NCBI GenBank assembly: GCA_964016885.1
Contig: OZ024740.1
Span: 102,176,001 to 102,240,000 of the forward strand
Length of the DNA stretch: 64,000 nucleotides
Source: Eledone cirrhosa
Lineage: Eukaryota
Direction of reading: 5' to 3'
The notes beneath the pieces were generated by a model. That model was not told the origin of the DNA and ran no database searches. It was given only the letters and a program-made list of their open reading frames with translations. Positions 43,798 through 57,200 of the stretch are shown here, in pieces (position 1 is the stretch's first letter; each line of letters opens with the position of its first letter). A program made the position numbers and the translations under genes.

Positions 43798-43853
43798 ACT
43801 GCTATATATATTTCGATGATAGCCATTGAATGGCTATGACCTCATCAGGCAGT
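43798..43853 (-). ncRNA. Minimal hammerhead ribozyme
   Basis: Minus: ACTGC CTGATGA GGTC ATAGCCA TTCAA TGGCTAT CATC GAAA TATATA TA GCAGT. Confidence 0.8.
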
Positions 43854-44033
43854 TAGTCTGTTCTTAGATATGCCAGCTCTGTGTGTATAGTGTTGATGGT
43901 ATCAGAGCCTTGGTGTATAGTGTTGATGGTATATAGGCACATGGCTTAATGGTTAGAGCATTGGGATTGCAATCGAAAGGTTGTGAGTTCAATTTCCCGA
44001 CCGGGTGATGTGTTGTTTCCTTGAGCAAGACAC

Positions 44034-44067
<34 letters not shown>

Positions 44068-45233
44068 ATCATCTTCGTTTAACATCTATCTTCCACGCTA
44101 GCATGGGTTAGAATGGGAGTTGTCCCACTTGAGGCAAGGTTGGTCGGGTCACCGTGTCTCGTTCATATAGGACTATCTGGCAGGTTTTCTATGGCTGGAT
44201 ACCCTTCCTAACACCAACCACATTTATAGTGTGGAACTGGGAACTTTTTACTGTGTTACCTACACGGCCACATTACAGCATGGACTGTGTGTGTGTGTTT
44301 TTTTTTTGTCGTGACACCTACACAATCTCGATCTCATTATCTCATTTATTTGGACTGGATGTTGTGGTACCAACTTACAGAGAGAGGGTGGTGTTGGTGG
44401 GAGTGGGAGGATAGGGTAGGAGTAGTGGATTGGGGTGTATATTAGGTTACGAGGTGCCTACTGACTGTAGGTTTCGCTTTGTATATAGGCAAAGCGGGTC
44501 TTCTGTATTACTGCATAGCGCCAAAGATCTCAATCCCATGACATTGTCTTCGAGAGGTGCAAGTATGTAAGGTCAGAATTTATCAAATCGTCCCAGGTTA
44601 CTCCATAACTACCATCAATTTTGATCACCCTGCACTGTCGTCTTTCATGCGCATCACGTGACCATACCAACATAGTCTTCTCTTGAGTAAACAGCATCTG
44701 ATCCCTCTTATTCCTAATTTCTCACTTAGTTCATTTATGCTTTGCCGTTCACGTATATTACTATTACACATCCAATGCAGCATGCATGCTTCGTTCCTTT
44801 CCAGTCTGCGCAGGTCCTCGGCACACAATGCCCATGTCTCACTGCTATGTAGCATTGCTGTTCATATACAGGCATCATACAATCTGCCTTTCATTTTTAG
44901 AGAGAAACCTTTTGTGGCCAACAGCGGTATAAGCTCTCTGAACTTTTTCCATCCCGACCTGACTCTGGCTACTGTACTTTCAGAGCACCCTCCACCACTG
45001 CTGATTTTGTCACCCAGGTAACAGAAAGTGTCCACTATTTCTACAGAACCATGTGGGCAATAGAAGGAGCTAGTATCCTGTGGGCACTTGCTACTTATTG
45101 CACCTGAGCATCGGCCACATATAAAATTTACGTTCTTAGATAGTTTCCCTGTGATCCCACTACACCTTTTATGCACCCATAGTTTGCATTTGGGACATAA
45201 AATGGAATTTCTGCCTACTCCTTTCCTACACAC
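44068..45233 (-). mobile_element. Older 5'-truncated RTE LINE (copy 5)
   Basis: [24 protein letters not shown]...; more diverged, deletions near the C-terminus; TA-rich flanks. Confidence 0.9.
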
Positions 45234-45959
45234 GGTTATTTCCCATATATATATATATATACTAATATATGCATATATATATATCATCATCATCATCACT
45301 GTTTAAGATAAATTTTTTCATGCCAGTATGGGTTAGACAAGTTATCCTGTTGTGAGCAATACCAGGTCAGGTAACCATGTCTTGCTCATACAGAACCGAT
45401 TTTAGCTTGGTTTCTATAGCTGGATGCCCTTCCTAGTGCCAACCTCATTTACAGTGAGTATTGGGTGCTTTTTGTCATGACATATTAGAATTAAACCATT
45501 ATTCAACAGGGTACTTGATACTTGGAATAGTAGAGTGTGATATATATATACATATATGTATTTATATATATACATATTTATATGTATATATGTACGTATG
45601 TATGTGTATATATGATAGATACTGATGACACAAAAAAGACAAGATATAAACAGTTAAAACATAAGAGTTTAAAACGGAGTAAACAAAAAGTGAAAAATGA
45701 CACATGCTTGACAAAATATAGACATAAAATATGAACATATATACAGATACATATCCCTCTTTTCTCCCGGTCCCTACTCCCTCTTTCTCCCCATGAGTTC
45801 ATATCACCACTTAGTTTGTTACGCACACACCCACCCTCCCTCGTTTTTTTTTTTTCTATTTCTCTTTCTACTTGGCATAAATATTTCCACTGTACATATA
45901 TTGTTTATATTTTTGTGCATATATTTGTTTGTATACACCTCTCTCTCTCTGTATATATA

Positions 45960-46009
<50 letters not shown>

Positions 46010-46165
46010 GACACACATGTGAGCTTGTGTGTGTGTATACATATCTGTATGTATATATATATAATGTTAAGTGGATAAACATATATATGTAATTACAGCA
46101 CTCAACAATGTAGTTGTAGAATTGAATGTATTTTAATGAGAAGCACAAATTTTACACATTGCTTA

Positions 46166-46237
46166 CAATACCATTTGTTTCATTCATTTATTTGTACTCC
46201 ACCATTTGCAGTGCAAGCACGCAACACTCATCAGTTG
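46166..46237 (-). ncRNA. Degenerate hammerhead-like motif
   Basis: Minus: CAA CTGATGA [imperfect stem II] GAAA CAAATGG TA TTG; only 3-bp stem I. Confidence 0.45.
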
Positions 46238-46418
46238 GGCATATTGTATTATGTTAGCCATGATCTGGAGTGAGAAGCTAATTGCTGTGGTGCGAAAGAG
46301 CAAGAAGAAGAAAAAATCTATGATATTAGAAAACATACAGATGATAGAAAAGAAGCCTCTTTTGTTTTACCAAATAACCAATGAATTTAACATTCTCAGA
46401 CACAGATACATACATATG

Positions 46419-46519
<101 letters not shown>

Positions 46520-46937
46520 GTGCATGCACAAATAAGTATATCCATGTTCATAAACACACAGACACATAAACAAACAGTTTGCATCACACAAACATGCTGG
46601 GCATCAATATATTGTGCCAGTAATTATAAATTTAAAAAAATATATATATATATATTGTCCTATGCGAGCAAGACAACCACTCTTGCCTCAAGTGGGAAAA
46701 TTCCTGTCCAAACCCATGCAAGCGTGGAATATGGACGTTAAACGATGATGATGATGATGATATTAACCTGTCTATATTTTTCGTTGTTGTAGTATTACTG
46801 TGGCAACATGCCTCTAGTTGCATTATTTATGGTCTCACTATTACCTAACTTCTCTGAGGAGAAATTTATTAATTACTCTATCATCGAGGATTGGGTGCTA
46901 ATCTGCTACCTGTAACTGCAACTTTGACTATACTCAT

Positions 46938-47014
<77 letters not shown>

Positions 47015-47019
<5 letters not shown>

Positions 47020-47490
47020 AATGACTGATAAGTTTCACAAAGTTGGTACAATGCGGTAGAAATATATAAAGAGCAAAGGATAACAAATAAAACAAAAGAA
47101 AGTAATCTTTTACCCAGTATATTTCATCATGATATTTCAGGGCTATTAACATCTTTTCAAATGTGAAATGGAAACAGTTCAAAACAAAAATAATCGATCA
47201 ATGTGTTCTTCCTTAACTGGTCTACGTGTCTGAAATACGCATGTGTGAAGTCATTATAGTAACCAATCTTTTTTGTACATTTCCAATCTATAACAACTTC
47301 ATACATGTTTATTTCAGACATGTAGTCCAGTTTCTGTTTCACATTTGAAAAGAGGGGTATTAGTCCAGAAATATCATGATGAAATATATTGAGTAAAACA
47401 TTACTTTGTTTAGTTTTATTTGTCATTCATTGCCCTTTATATATTTCTATTATATTGTACCAGCTTTTTTAAACTTATCGTTCATTTATT
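47015..47490. repeat. Diverged inverted repeat (~160-bp arms)
   Basis: TATATTTCATCATGATATTTC and TCTTTTCAAATGTGAAA mirrored at ~47336-47388. Confidence 0.75.
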
Positions 47491-47590
47491 ACATATCTCA
47501 CAATGCTTTGTATTAACTGTTTATGTATATATATATATATTATAAACAAAATCAACTCAAAATTGAGTTTTGAGACACGAGTGCATTAAA

Positions 47591-48004
47591 ATTCGTAGGA
47601 AAGTGGAAAAACTGGGTGTAAGGAAGCTGTTAAAACAGCAAAATGCTGTGAAGGATAGAAATCAGCAGCTAGAAGTGAGTTGGCATGAAGAATTGATAGG
47701 AAGAAAGGAATAAAATGGATGAGAGGAGATCACATACATTTAAATACATTTATCAGCTTTCAGATCACCTGCAGTTTCGATGATTGTTGAAATTGTAGGC
47801 AGTCTGAAAACTGATAAGTGTATTTAAAAGTTTGTGATCTACTCTCATCCATTTTATTCCTTTCTTCCTATCAATTCTTCATGCCAACTCACTTCTAGCT
47901 GCTAATTTCTATCCTTCAAGGTAATGCTTTACCCAATGCCACTTCGACGGCATTTTGCTGTTTTAACAGCTTCTTTATGCTGAGTTTCCCATTTTCCTAC
48001 GAAT
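47591..48004. repeat. ~410-bp fold-back palindrome with ~29-bp indel in right arm
   Basis: AGCAGCTAGAAGTGAGTTGGCATGAAGAATTGATAGGAAGAAAGGAATAAAATGGATGAGAG mirrored exactly at ~47843-47903. Confidence 0.88.
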
Positions 48005-48334
48005 ATAAATATATAAAGCACATCATACACACACACTCACACATATATGCACCATGCTAGTGCAGCATGTCACCAAATATTTTGATAATTTAATAAATTC
48101 AAATAAAATAGATTAAAGTAAAATGAGATATGCATGTGTTTGGAATTCTGCATTCATGAATGTGTCTCAATTAATGGGTTCCCACCTGAGAATGCATACA
48201 TACATATACACAAATTTGCATATGTGCACAACATAGATATGTATATATGCATACACACACATACACATACTTCTTTACTTACAAATATGTAGGCACATCC
48301 TACTGACTACAGAACATATCTACCAGTTCACCCT

Positions 48335-48510
48335 TATCAATGACAAATATGTCATAAGATCTACAAGTCTAAAGGAGGTCTAAAGAGACATTTCAAAGTT
48401 CATAAAGATCAGACAACACAGGCAGTTTAAACTGCACCGAAACTAATGTGTAATTTGTATGAACTTTTTTTTAAAGTAAACCTGGTCTAAAAAGCCACAT
48501 GATATGCAAG
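48335..48510 (+). pseudogene. Decayed pair of C2H2 zinc fingers
   Basis: YQ*QICHKIYKSKGGLKRHFKVH, then LMCNLYELFF/KSKPGLKSHM with a stop and a frameshift. Confidence 0.6.
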
Positions 48511-48904
48511 ATGTATGTATGTATTATGCAGGTACACACTGATCACCACTAATTTTACTGATCTCCACAAACAGTCTGTTTTTTGTTGAATCACCAAATC
48601 TGACAAGCAGATTGATGCTGAGGTTGCATCCATCGCTTCCATAGGTGACATTGAGCTAATCATCTGTGAAACGTTTATAACAGGTCCATAAGCAATTAAA
48701 GCATGTAAATGAAACTTCATCATTGTTTTTTATTATATACACTCTCCCAGTGCATTGAGTGCTCATATTAGTACCACCACCAGTAATTCACTGAATCACC
48801 TATACTTTATATATATAATCATATATATTGTATATAATACACACACACATGTATGTCTAAATATGCATACACATACTTGTTCATGCATATATACATGCAT
48901 ATGC

Positions 48905-48950
<46 letters not shown>

Positions 48951-49106
48951 GATAACAAAATATCGTTATAAGTAATCCAGTTAGAGATTGTGAATACTTT
49001 GTATTGTGGATAGCTTTAGCATACAGCGTTGTTTGACTCAACAAGAGTTTTCCGTAGGTGGCGAGTTTATGAGTTCTCTTGAATTCCTATGCAAGTTTAT
49101 CTTACA

Positions 49107-49162
49107 TTGTTAGCTTAACCAGATCATCAGAAGGACTTCTGATGATCTGGTTAAGCTAACAA
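49107..49162. repeat. Perfect hairpin, 27-bp arms, GA loop
   Basis: TTGTTAGCTTAACCAGATCATCAGAAG GA CTTCTGATGATCTGGTTAAGCTAACAA. Confidence 0.9.
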
Positions 49163-49280
49163 CGTATTTAAAATTGAGTGGCACAGCTTCCAGTGTTCAG
49201 CAATCTTTAGACAACTTAATCAGTGAAACAATTGTTAATAGTGTAAATAAAACCCTTTTTTGTACTGTTGACCATTCTTT

Positions 49281-49384
<104 letters not shown>

Positions 49385-49795
49385 CACTCTCTAGACAAAG
49401 GAAGTAGCTAGAGTTACTTCCCGTACAATTTCAAGAATATTCCTTGAACTTCCGTTCTAGAGATTATAAAAGAAAGAGCAAAGGACAATCTCTCTCTCTC
49501 TCTCTTACCAGCAGGCTCTAGAACTGACCACACCAAGCACAGATATGTTAAGCTTTTTTCTAATCCTATCTTGTATCTCAGGATTACACCATATCATACC
49601 AAAATTATTACATCGTCATTTCTTTTACATCTTCTAAACAAATTAAATTAGTGGTTGGCATGTAGTGGTATTTACTGGAGTAGATAACCCTATGGCCAAT
49701 TCACTAAATATATATATTATGTAGATTCTGGAGTTGTCAGGTGGGGGGAGTAACCACAGTTAAAAAAGGTATTCAATACATTGATGGTGTATAGG

Positions 49796-49842
49796 CATCC
49801 TGATGATTTTATATGAATGAAACAGTTCTAGTCCTGTAGAAG
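49796..49842 (+). ncRNA. Degenerate hammerhead, same family as 21534-21582
   Basis: CATC CTGATGA TTTTATATGAAT GAAA CAG TTCTAGTC CTG TA GAAG. Confidence 0.6.
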
Positions 49843-50094
49843 TTATGGTTGGTCTTAGGAAGGGCATCCGCCTGTAAAACTCCTAGCCAAATTACAGTTC
49901 CTTTTGAGCAAGGTAAGACGCAACCAAAAGGCCATGCTTGTATCATACTGTGGATGACCCATATGATATTTGTTGCACACATGAGCACTGTACACAATAA
50001 TTTTCGTTTATTTATATATATGGGTGTGGGTAGTAGAAAGGTGATACAATGAATGGTTACACTTCGTTGTACTCATGTCTGACAGCACAGTTCC

Positions 50095-50475
50095 CAAGAC
50101 TTTCGGAAACATTTTTTCGCGCTCAGAGTTGCTGAAGCATGGAATAAACTACCTGCATCAGTTTTTAGCTGCCGAGACACTGCTTCCTGAAATTCACCAA
50201 CACTACACCTGATATCCCCCCTCCATACACATGCACACATGTATATCATGACTCATACACTGTTCACTTTCCTGACATGGCTCTTGCCATTCTGAGTTCA
50301 AATCTCGCAGAGGTTAACTTTGCCTTTCATCCTAAATAAAGTACCAGTAATGCACTGGGTAATTTGCTGGCTTTGGGCCCAAAATAAAAACAATTATTCT
50401 ATGTACTATACATGCACCTTTGATGAGTTGTAGTGCACCTGAGCACTCTACACAATAATTTCATTATTATTATTA
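50095..50475 (+). mobile_element. CR1-like LINE 3' end with nested SINE
   Basis: Encodes DFRKHFFALRVAEAWNKLPASV; 3'UTR ends in (TTA)n. Confidence 0.7.
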
Positions 50476-50483
50476 TTACTATT

Positions 50484-50714
50484 GTTCTTTGAGTCTCAGT
50501 CATTGATGCTATTTAACTGGAAAGTTTGTTGAAATGAATATCAAGCCGCTACCTGCAGCCTCAGATATTCAGGACGTATCGGAGGGTTCTTGCTGTTCCC
50601 AGCAAGCATGCCCTTTGAAGTGTTCCAAAAAGCGGGGCGGGACCAATTTTCTTTAACCATCCTTGGAAACTCTTTGAGATAGTACCTAGTGTGCCTATGA
50701 CAATCGGGACCACT
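50484..50714 (-). mobile_element. R4/Dong-like 3' fragment (second copy)
   Basis: VVPIVIGTLGTISKSFQGWLKKIG...LQRACLLGTARTLRYVLNI*; near-identical to 18774-19000; in (TTA)n. Confidence 0.78.
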
Positions 50715-50715
50715 A

Positions 50716-50771
<56 letters not shown>

Positions 50772-51044
50772 CACAAAAAAGATAACCTGTTTCTCTTTCT
50801 CATGTGATCAATAAAATAAATGACAAATTGATGGTGTTGATTCAAGCAACTAACAAAATCTCTTGGTGGTGGTGTCCTATCATGGTCATAGCTCAATCAC
50901 TGAAACCAGTAAAAGAAAAAGTATCTTTGGAGATGTATTTTCTGTCTCTTTTGACAACAAGTATTTCAGGTGTACTATCTACTGATTTGTACAAATAGCA
51001 TAATGCATAGAAAGAATTAGCAGGACATAATGTGTGAATGACAA

Positions 51045-51365
51045 GGTTCTTCTTCTTCTTGTCATGTGGTCCTGAGTCCTCAAACACTCCTTCCAGCAGG
51101 TCCTGTCAAAAGCAACTACCCCCAAGTGTGACCAGCCAAGCTCATGGATGTTATCTAGTCATCTTGCTTGGGGTCTACCCCTGGTTCTCCTCTCAGTTGG
51201 TTTTGCTCATAAAATCTGTCCAACAATTCTCTCCTGAGACATTCTAACCACATGCCCATAGTATCAGAGCTGTGATCTCTCAATTAAAAAATGTAGCAGC
51301 TCTACCTGGAATGACTCTCTGATCCCTGAGCTGCGCACTCTATGAAGTAACATTACTACAAAGAC
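51045..51365 (-). mobile_element. Old RTE-type 3' remnant of another family
   Basis: Minus: RSQL*YYGHVVRM...RGRPQAR*LDNI; (AAG)n tail. Similar remnants at ~37510-37800 (+) and 63185-63402 (+). Confidence 0.6.
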
Positions 51366-51485
51366 TTTTGAAATTATAGGTACAGTCTGATAGGCCTCTT
51401 ATTTTCATTTGTCCAATTTCACTCATAACACTCTGGTATAGAGGAAGCTATGATAAAAGTAAAGGGAACCTTTTTCAGATTTCAT

Positions 51486-53222
51486 TAAGTGGGGTCAAAC
51501 CCCAGCTTTCATGATTGGGAAGTGAATCTCATGAAGTGGGATCAAACCCCAGCTTTCATGATTGGGAAGTGAATCTCATGAAGTGGGATCAAACCCCAGC
51601 TTTCATGATTGAGAAGTGAATCTCATGAAGTGGGATCAAACCCCAGCTTTCATGATTGAGAAGTGAATCTCATGAAGTGGGATCAAACCCCAGCTTTCAT
51701 GATTGGGAAGTGAATTTCATGAAGTGGGATCAAACCCCAGCTTTCATGATTGAGAAGTGAATCTCATGAAGTGGGATCAAACCCCAGCTTTCATGATTGA
51801 GAAGTGAATCTCATGAAGCAGGATCAAACCCCAGCTTTCATGATTGAGAAGTGAATCTCATGAAGTGGGATCAAACCCCAGCTTTCATGATTGAGAAGTG
51901 AATCTCATGAAGCAGGATCAAACCCCAGCTTTCATGATTGAGAAGTGAATCTCATGAAGCAGGATCAAACCCCAGCTTTCATGATTGAGAAGTGAATCTC
52001 ATGAAGTGGGATCAAACCCCAGCTTTCATGATTGAGAAGTGAATCTCATGAAGCAGGATCAAACCCCAGCTTTCATGATTGAGAAGTGAATTTCATGAAG
52101 TGGGATCAAACCCCAGCTTTCATGATTGGGAAGTGAATTTCATGAAGCAGGATCAAACCCCAGCTTTCATGATTGAGAAGTGAATCTCATGAAGTGGGAT
52201 CAAACCCCAGCTTTCATGATTGAGAAGTGAATCTCATGAAGTGGGATCAAACCCCAGCTTTCATGATTGAGAAGTGAATCTCATGAAGCAGGATCAAACC
52301 CCAGCTTTCATGATTGAGAAGTGAATTTCATGAAGTGGGATCAAACCCCAGCTTTCATGATTGAGAAGTGAATCTCATGAAGTGGGATCAAACCCCAGCT
52401 TTCATGATTGAGAAGTGAATCTCATGAAGCAGGATCAAACCCCAGCTTTCATGATTGAGAAGTGAATTTCATGAAGTGGGATCAAACCCCAGCTTTCATG
52501 ATTGAGAAGTGAATCTCATGAAGCAGGATCAAACCCCAGCTTTCATGATTGAGAAGTGAATCTCATGAAGTGGGATCAAACCCCAGCTTTCATGATTGAG
52601 AAGTGAATCTCATGAAGCAGGATCAAACCCCAGCTTTCATGATTGAGAAGTGAATTTCATGAAGTGGGATCAAACCCCAGCTTTCATGATTGAGAAGTGA
52701 ATCTCATGAAGCAGGATCAAACCCCAGCTTTCATGATTGAGAAGTGAATCTCATGAAGTGGGATCAAACCCCAGCTTTCATGATTGAGAAGTGAATTTCA
52801 TGAAGTGGGATCAAACCCCAGCTTTCATGATTGAGAAGTGAATCTCATGAAGCAGGATCAAACCCCAGCTTTCATGATTGAGAAGTGAATCTCATGAAGT
52901 GGGATCAAACCCCAGCTTTCATGATTGAGAAGTGAATCTCATGAAGCAGGATCAAACCCCAGCTTTCATGATTGAGAAGTGAATCTCATGAAGCAGGATC
53001 AAACCCCAGCTTCCATGATTGAGAAGTGAATCTCATGAAGTGGGATCAAACCCCAGCTTTCATGATTGAGAAGTGAATCTCATGAAGCGGGATCAAACCC
53101 CAGCTTTCATGATTGAGAAGTGAATCTCATGAAGTGGGATCAAACCACAGCTTTCATGATTGAGAAGTGAATCTCATGAAGCAGGATCAAACCCCAGCTT
53201 TCATGATTGGGAAGTGAATTTC
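51486..53222. repeat. 47-bp minisatellite, 37 units
   Basis: Unit GTGGGATCAAACCCCAGCTTTCATGATTGAGAAGTGAATCTCATGAA; three recurrent variable sites, no spacers. Confidence 0.97.
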
Positions 53223-54236
53223 TCAATTACATGCCCATGCCAGCATGCTTTTAAAAAAGAAATTTTGTAAACAGATGGAATATAATAAACCGAATCAGAG
53301 ATCAACTTTCGTCTGGAACAACAATATTGTAATTATATCATCAAGACTACCACTACAACAGTTATTGCTGTAATATCCTCTTTGTAAATTATGTATGAAG
53401 TTAATTACATTCAAGTGGACAATAGTGAAATGTAAATTAGTTATACAATATTTGGTGTTGTTATTGTTGCTGTGTATTTTCTTGTGAAATTATTCATCAG
53501 ATAAGCTCAGTGATTAACTAATTAATACAAACAGCTGTTTCCAAATGTTTCACATTAAGAATATATACACACATGATCAGATATGTGTATGATTATATTT
53601 TAGTTTCTTAATGTATATAGGTATATGTACGATTATGTGTATGTGTGCTTGTGTGTGTATGCATGTGCGCTTGTGTGTATATGTGTGTTTGTGCATGTGT
53701 GTGGTGTGTTCTTCTAGATTTATTATTCAAATTTCTTGAGTATCAGTTTCTAACCCAGGAATGAAATTTTTTCCACTGAGATTTTGATATCAACTAGATA
53801 GTTGTGTGTGTGTGTGTGTGTGTAGGGAGAGAAAAAGAGAGAGAGCAAGCTAACAAGCATGGATATTCTTGCATGTTTGGATCTGAAGGTATATCTCATT
53901 TCTATATACATATACATATCATCATCATCATTTAACGTCTATCTTCCATGCTAGCATGGGTTTATATATATTTGTTGACTGTTTCTGAGGTTTAAAGTGA
54001 AAGCTAATATACTTGTTGCAGGTCCAAAAATTGACTGCATTTGTCATCTATGTTATTGTCACTTTGAAGCTATCTAACAGCATAACCATGCATGATTTTC
54101 CACTAATAAGTATAGAATATTTCACCAAATGATATGTTGTAGCAGAACTTTGCTGGATCATCATTATCATCATTGTTGTCCTTTTTACATCTGTTTTTCC
54201 ATGCTTGCATGTATTGGAAGGGTATTTTTCAGCACA

Positions 54237-54299
54237 TTCTTAATCATCAGTTAAGTATTCTTAATCATCAGTTAATGTATTCTTAATCATCAGTTAAGT
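54237..54299. repeat. 21-22-bp tandem repeat x3
   Basis: TTCTTAATCATCAGTTAA(T)GTA repeated. Confidence 0.9.
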
Positions 54300-57200
54300 G
54301 TAACTGCAAAAAAGAAAAAATTGTTGTTGGAAAATTTGGTGCATAGAATATATCTCGTCAAATCTGTTAAGTGGTTGTGCTGGTGCCACACAAAATGCAC
54401 CCAGTATACTCTCTAAAATTAGTCATTTTTTGTCAGAAAATTATAAAGGTGTGCACCCCAAAAAATAATAGGAGCAATATGCTTATGGATAGAGGCAGTG
54501 TATATAACTGTTAATACAGAATTTCTGGTACTGGTTAAATAGTTTGGGGGATTATAAGCCTTTTATCATATTCAATGGACATAAAAGATGATAATGTTGA
54601 TAATGATTTCTAATAAAAGTCACTGCCTATGATTTTGAAAATAATTATGAATTTGGAGGAATCGTGTTGGCGACATGACAAAAAGTGCCCAGCCCACACT
54701 GTAAAGTGGTCATATAGGTGTCAAGACTAAAAGCACACAGCACACACTGTAAATGTGGTTGGCGTTAGGAAGGGCATCCAGCCGTAGAAACCAAGCCCAA
54801 ATCAATTCTGTGTGAGCATAACATGGTCCTCCAACCTGATCTCTCACAACAGGACAGCTCGTCCTACCCATGCTAGCATAGAAAATGGATATTAAATGAT
54901 GATGATGATGATGATGATGATAGTAATACAACTAACTTTCTCATTATTAAACTGGTGTTTGGAGCATAATTTAAGTTTCTTTCATAAAATTACGAGGGAA
55001 GGTTATTTTTTATGAATATAAGCATTCTAAAAATCATCTGTATTGTAGAAAAAAGGGCAGTTTTGGGTGGTTTGCTATCAAAAGTTTAATATTAATGGCC
55101 TGGGTCTCATCTAACATTTGAGTACCCCAGATTTTGGTATGAGTATTGTTACATATTCTAGGCAACTCACTTATTATATCCTTTGAGAATGCTATAATTA
55201 GGTCATGGCTCTTCATACTATTCATATTCTAGGATTATTCAGAAAAAAGTTATATGTTAGCTTGGTGTTTCTGTCCTCTTGTGAGCCAACAAAAGAACAA
55301 GTGTATGGATAGCATAAATAACATCACAGCAAAACAGTTCATTTGAAAGGAATTGAATATTTATATAAATGTGTGCAGTTTTCTATATGTATGTGTTTAT
55401 TGTGTAGTTATGTAACTAGGTAGTTGTTTACCTTTACATCACTTATTGAGGTCTTTACTGAGTTAATGTTTTTATATTTATACATAAATAAAAACATCTA
55501 TATTAATACACATATATATATTTATATATATCATTTATCTTCTGATGAAGGAGTTACATCTGAAACATTATGACTCTTTTCCTACTATATCAATCGCTAA
55601 GCTAATATATATCTTTATTGTACCATATTGTTTCACTGTGTTGTTTATCTGTTTACTTTTCACACACACACAATATGTTAAATTATGTGATAGATTATGC
55701 CTACCACCCAGTAAGTATGCCACAGTGGAATTTGAACTTAAAATGTAAAAAGCCTGATGAAATATGGCAAAGTATCTCCTCTGATACTCTAACAATTCCA
55801 ACTAGCTGCTGATCTGAAGTGTCACTTTATTTTATCAACCCTCCAAAAACATTAACGATAAAGTTGACCTAAACAGGATTTGAACTTGTGGCACAGAGAA
55901 TTGGAACAAATATCACATGGTATTTTGTCATATGTTCTGCCAATTCTAAACACAAAAGAAAAATAAACAACAACAAAAAAATCTGTTCCAATATAAATCT
56001 TTCATACAAATAGTGTTTTCTGAATTATTCAACTCTGAATATAAATACAAACAAAAAAAATTAAAAAATAAATTAAATAAATTGCTTGTGCTCCAACATA
56101 GCCAAACCCAAATGAAATGGCTGAAATTAGTAAAAAAAAATAGTAAACGGATGAAAAATATTATTAATAGGTGGGGTGGAGGGGATAAACCTAATCGAAA
56201 GATAGAAGATTAAGTAGTTGTTGAAAGTAAATATGATCCTGATTTATTACATATGAGGACTTCCAATGATTGATCTTATCATGGGGCCATCAAAGGGAAT
56301 TGATAGAAATTCTATCATGTATATGATGTGTAGCCTACACAGCTCATGTATGCACAGATGCAATCACGTTTCCTATTTAACAGATGAAAATGTGCACCAA
56401 CACAGGAAATTTAATCCATATGGGTAGCAAAAATAAAATGATAAATAAATTAAAAAAAAGATGGTTGCCAGTAATGGTTCACTTGAAGTCGATGATAATT
56501 TCTGATACCTCGTTGTGATGACAACAGAGTTAATGATAGTGTAATGATTAGAGCTTCTGGTATCTGGATGAAATGAAGAAAAATTCTGCACTAGCTGACA
56601 AGCAATATAAGGAGCCATCTGGAAAACTGAAAGGCAGCAAGTGTACTTTATATAAGAAAGTTAAAAGAAGGGGAATAATGTGATGGTGGAATGAGAGTTA
56701 TGTGAGGAAGGAGAGGATATCTGAACGTGTGGATTATAAAAAGTGAACATTTGGAGTTATTTCTTATAGAAATAACCTGATAATTTGGAAGGCTTGAGCA
56801 TCTAAATGGATAGATTATTGAACTATCATATATGGGCACTGAATGCATATCTGCAGTCTAATGTTTTCTTGTGTTCTGGACAACATACTTTTCTATTTCA
56901 TTCAACTTGGTTCAATTCACCTACCTTTCTGGTGTAGATACCAAGTCTTCCTTAAATATTATCTTCAATATATTTGTATCTATGGACCTTTAATTCTCTC
57001 TGGAGTTGTAGGGGCCCTGTAGTGACATATGGTGTGTCTTGGATATTTCAAACCTAACAGAGCCCATCCACTCTCCAGATCTGAACACAACCAATTTCTT
57101 CCAGAGAAAGCAAGAAAGAATAATAGTCAGGAAGTAATAAAAAGAGACATAGAGAAAGAATTGACCTTGGGGGGATTTAAGTTCAGAGAGCACAGAGAAC

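Noticed and set aside
48520-48720. Possible coding exon
   Set aside because: No convincing splice-site pair or recognisable peptide in any frame.
51486-53222. CRISPR-like array
   Set aside because: Units are contiguous with no unique spacers, there are no cas genes, and the context is eukaryotic.
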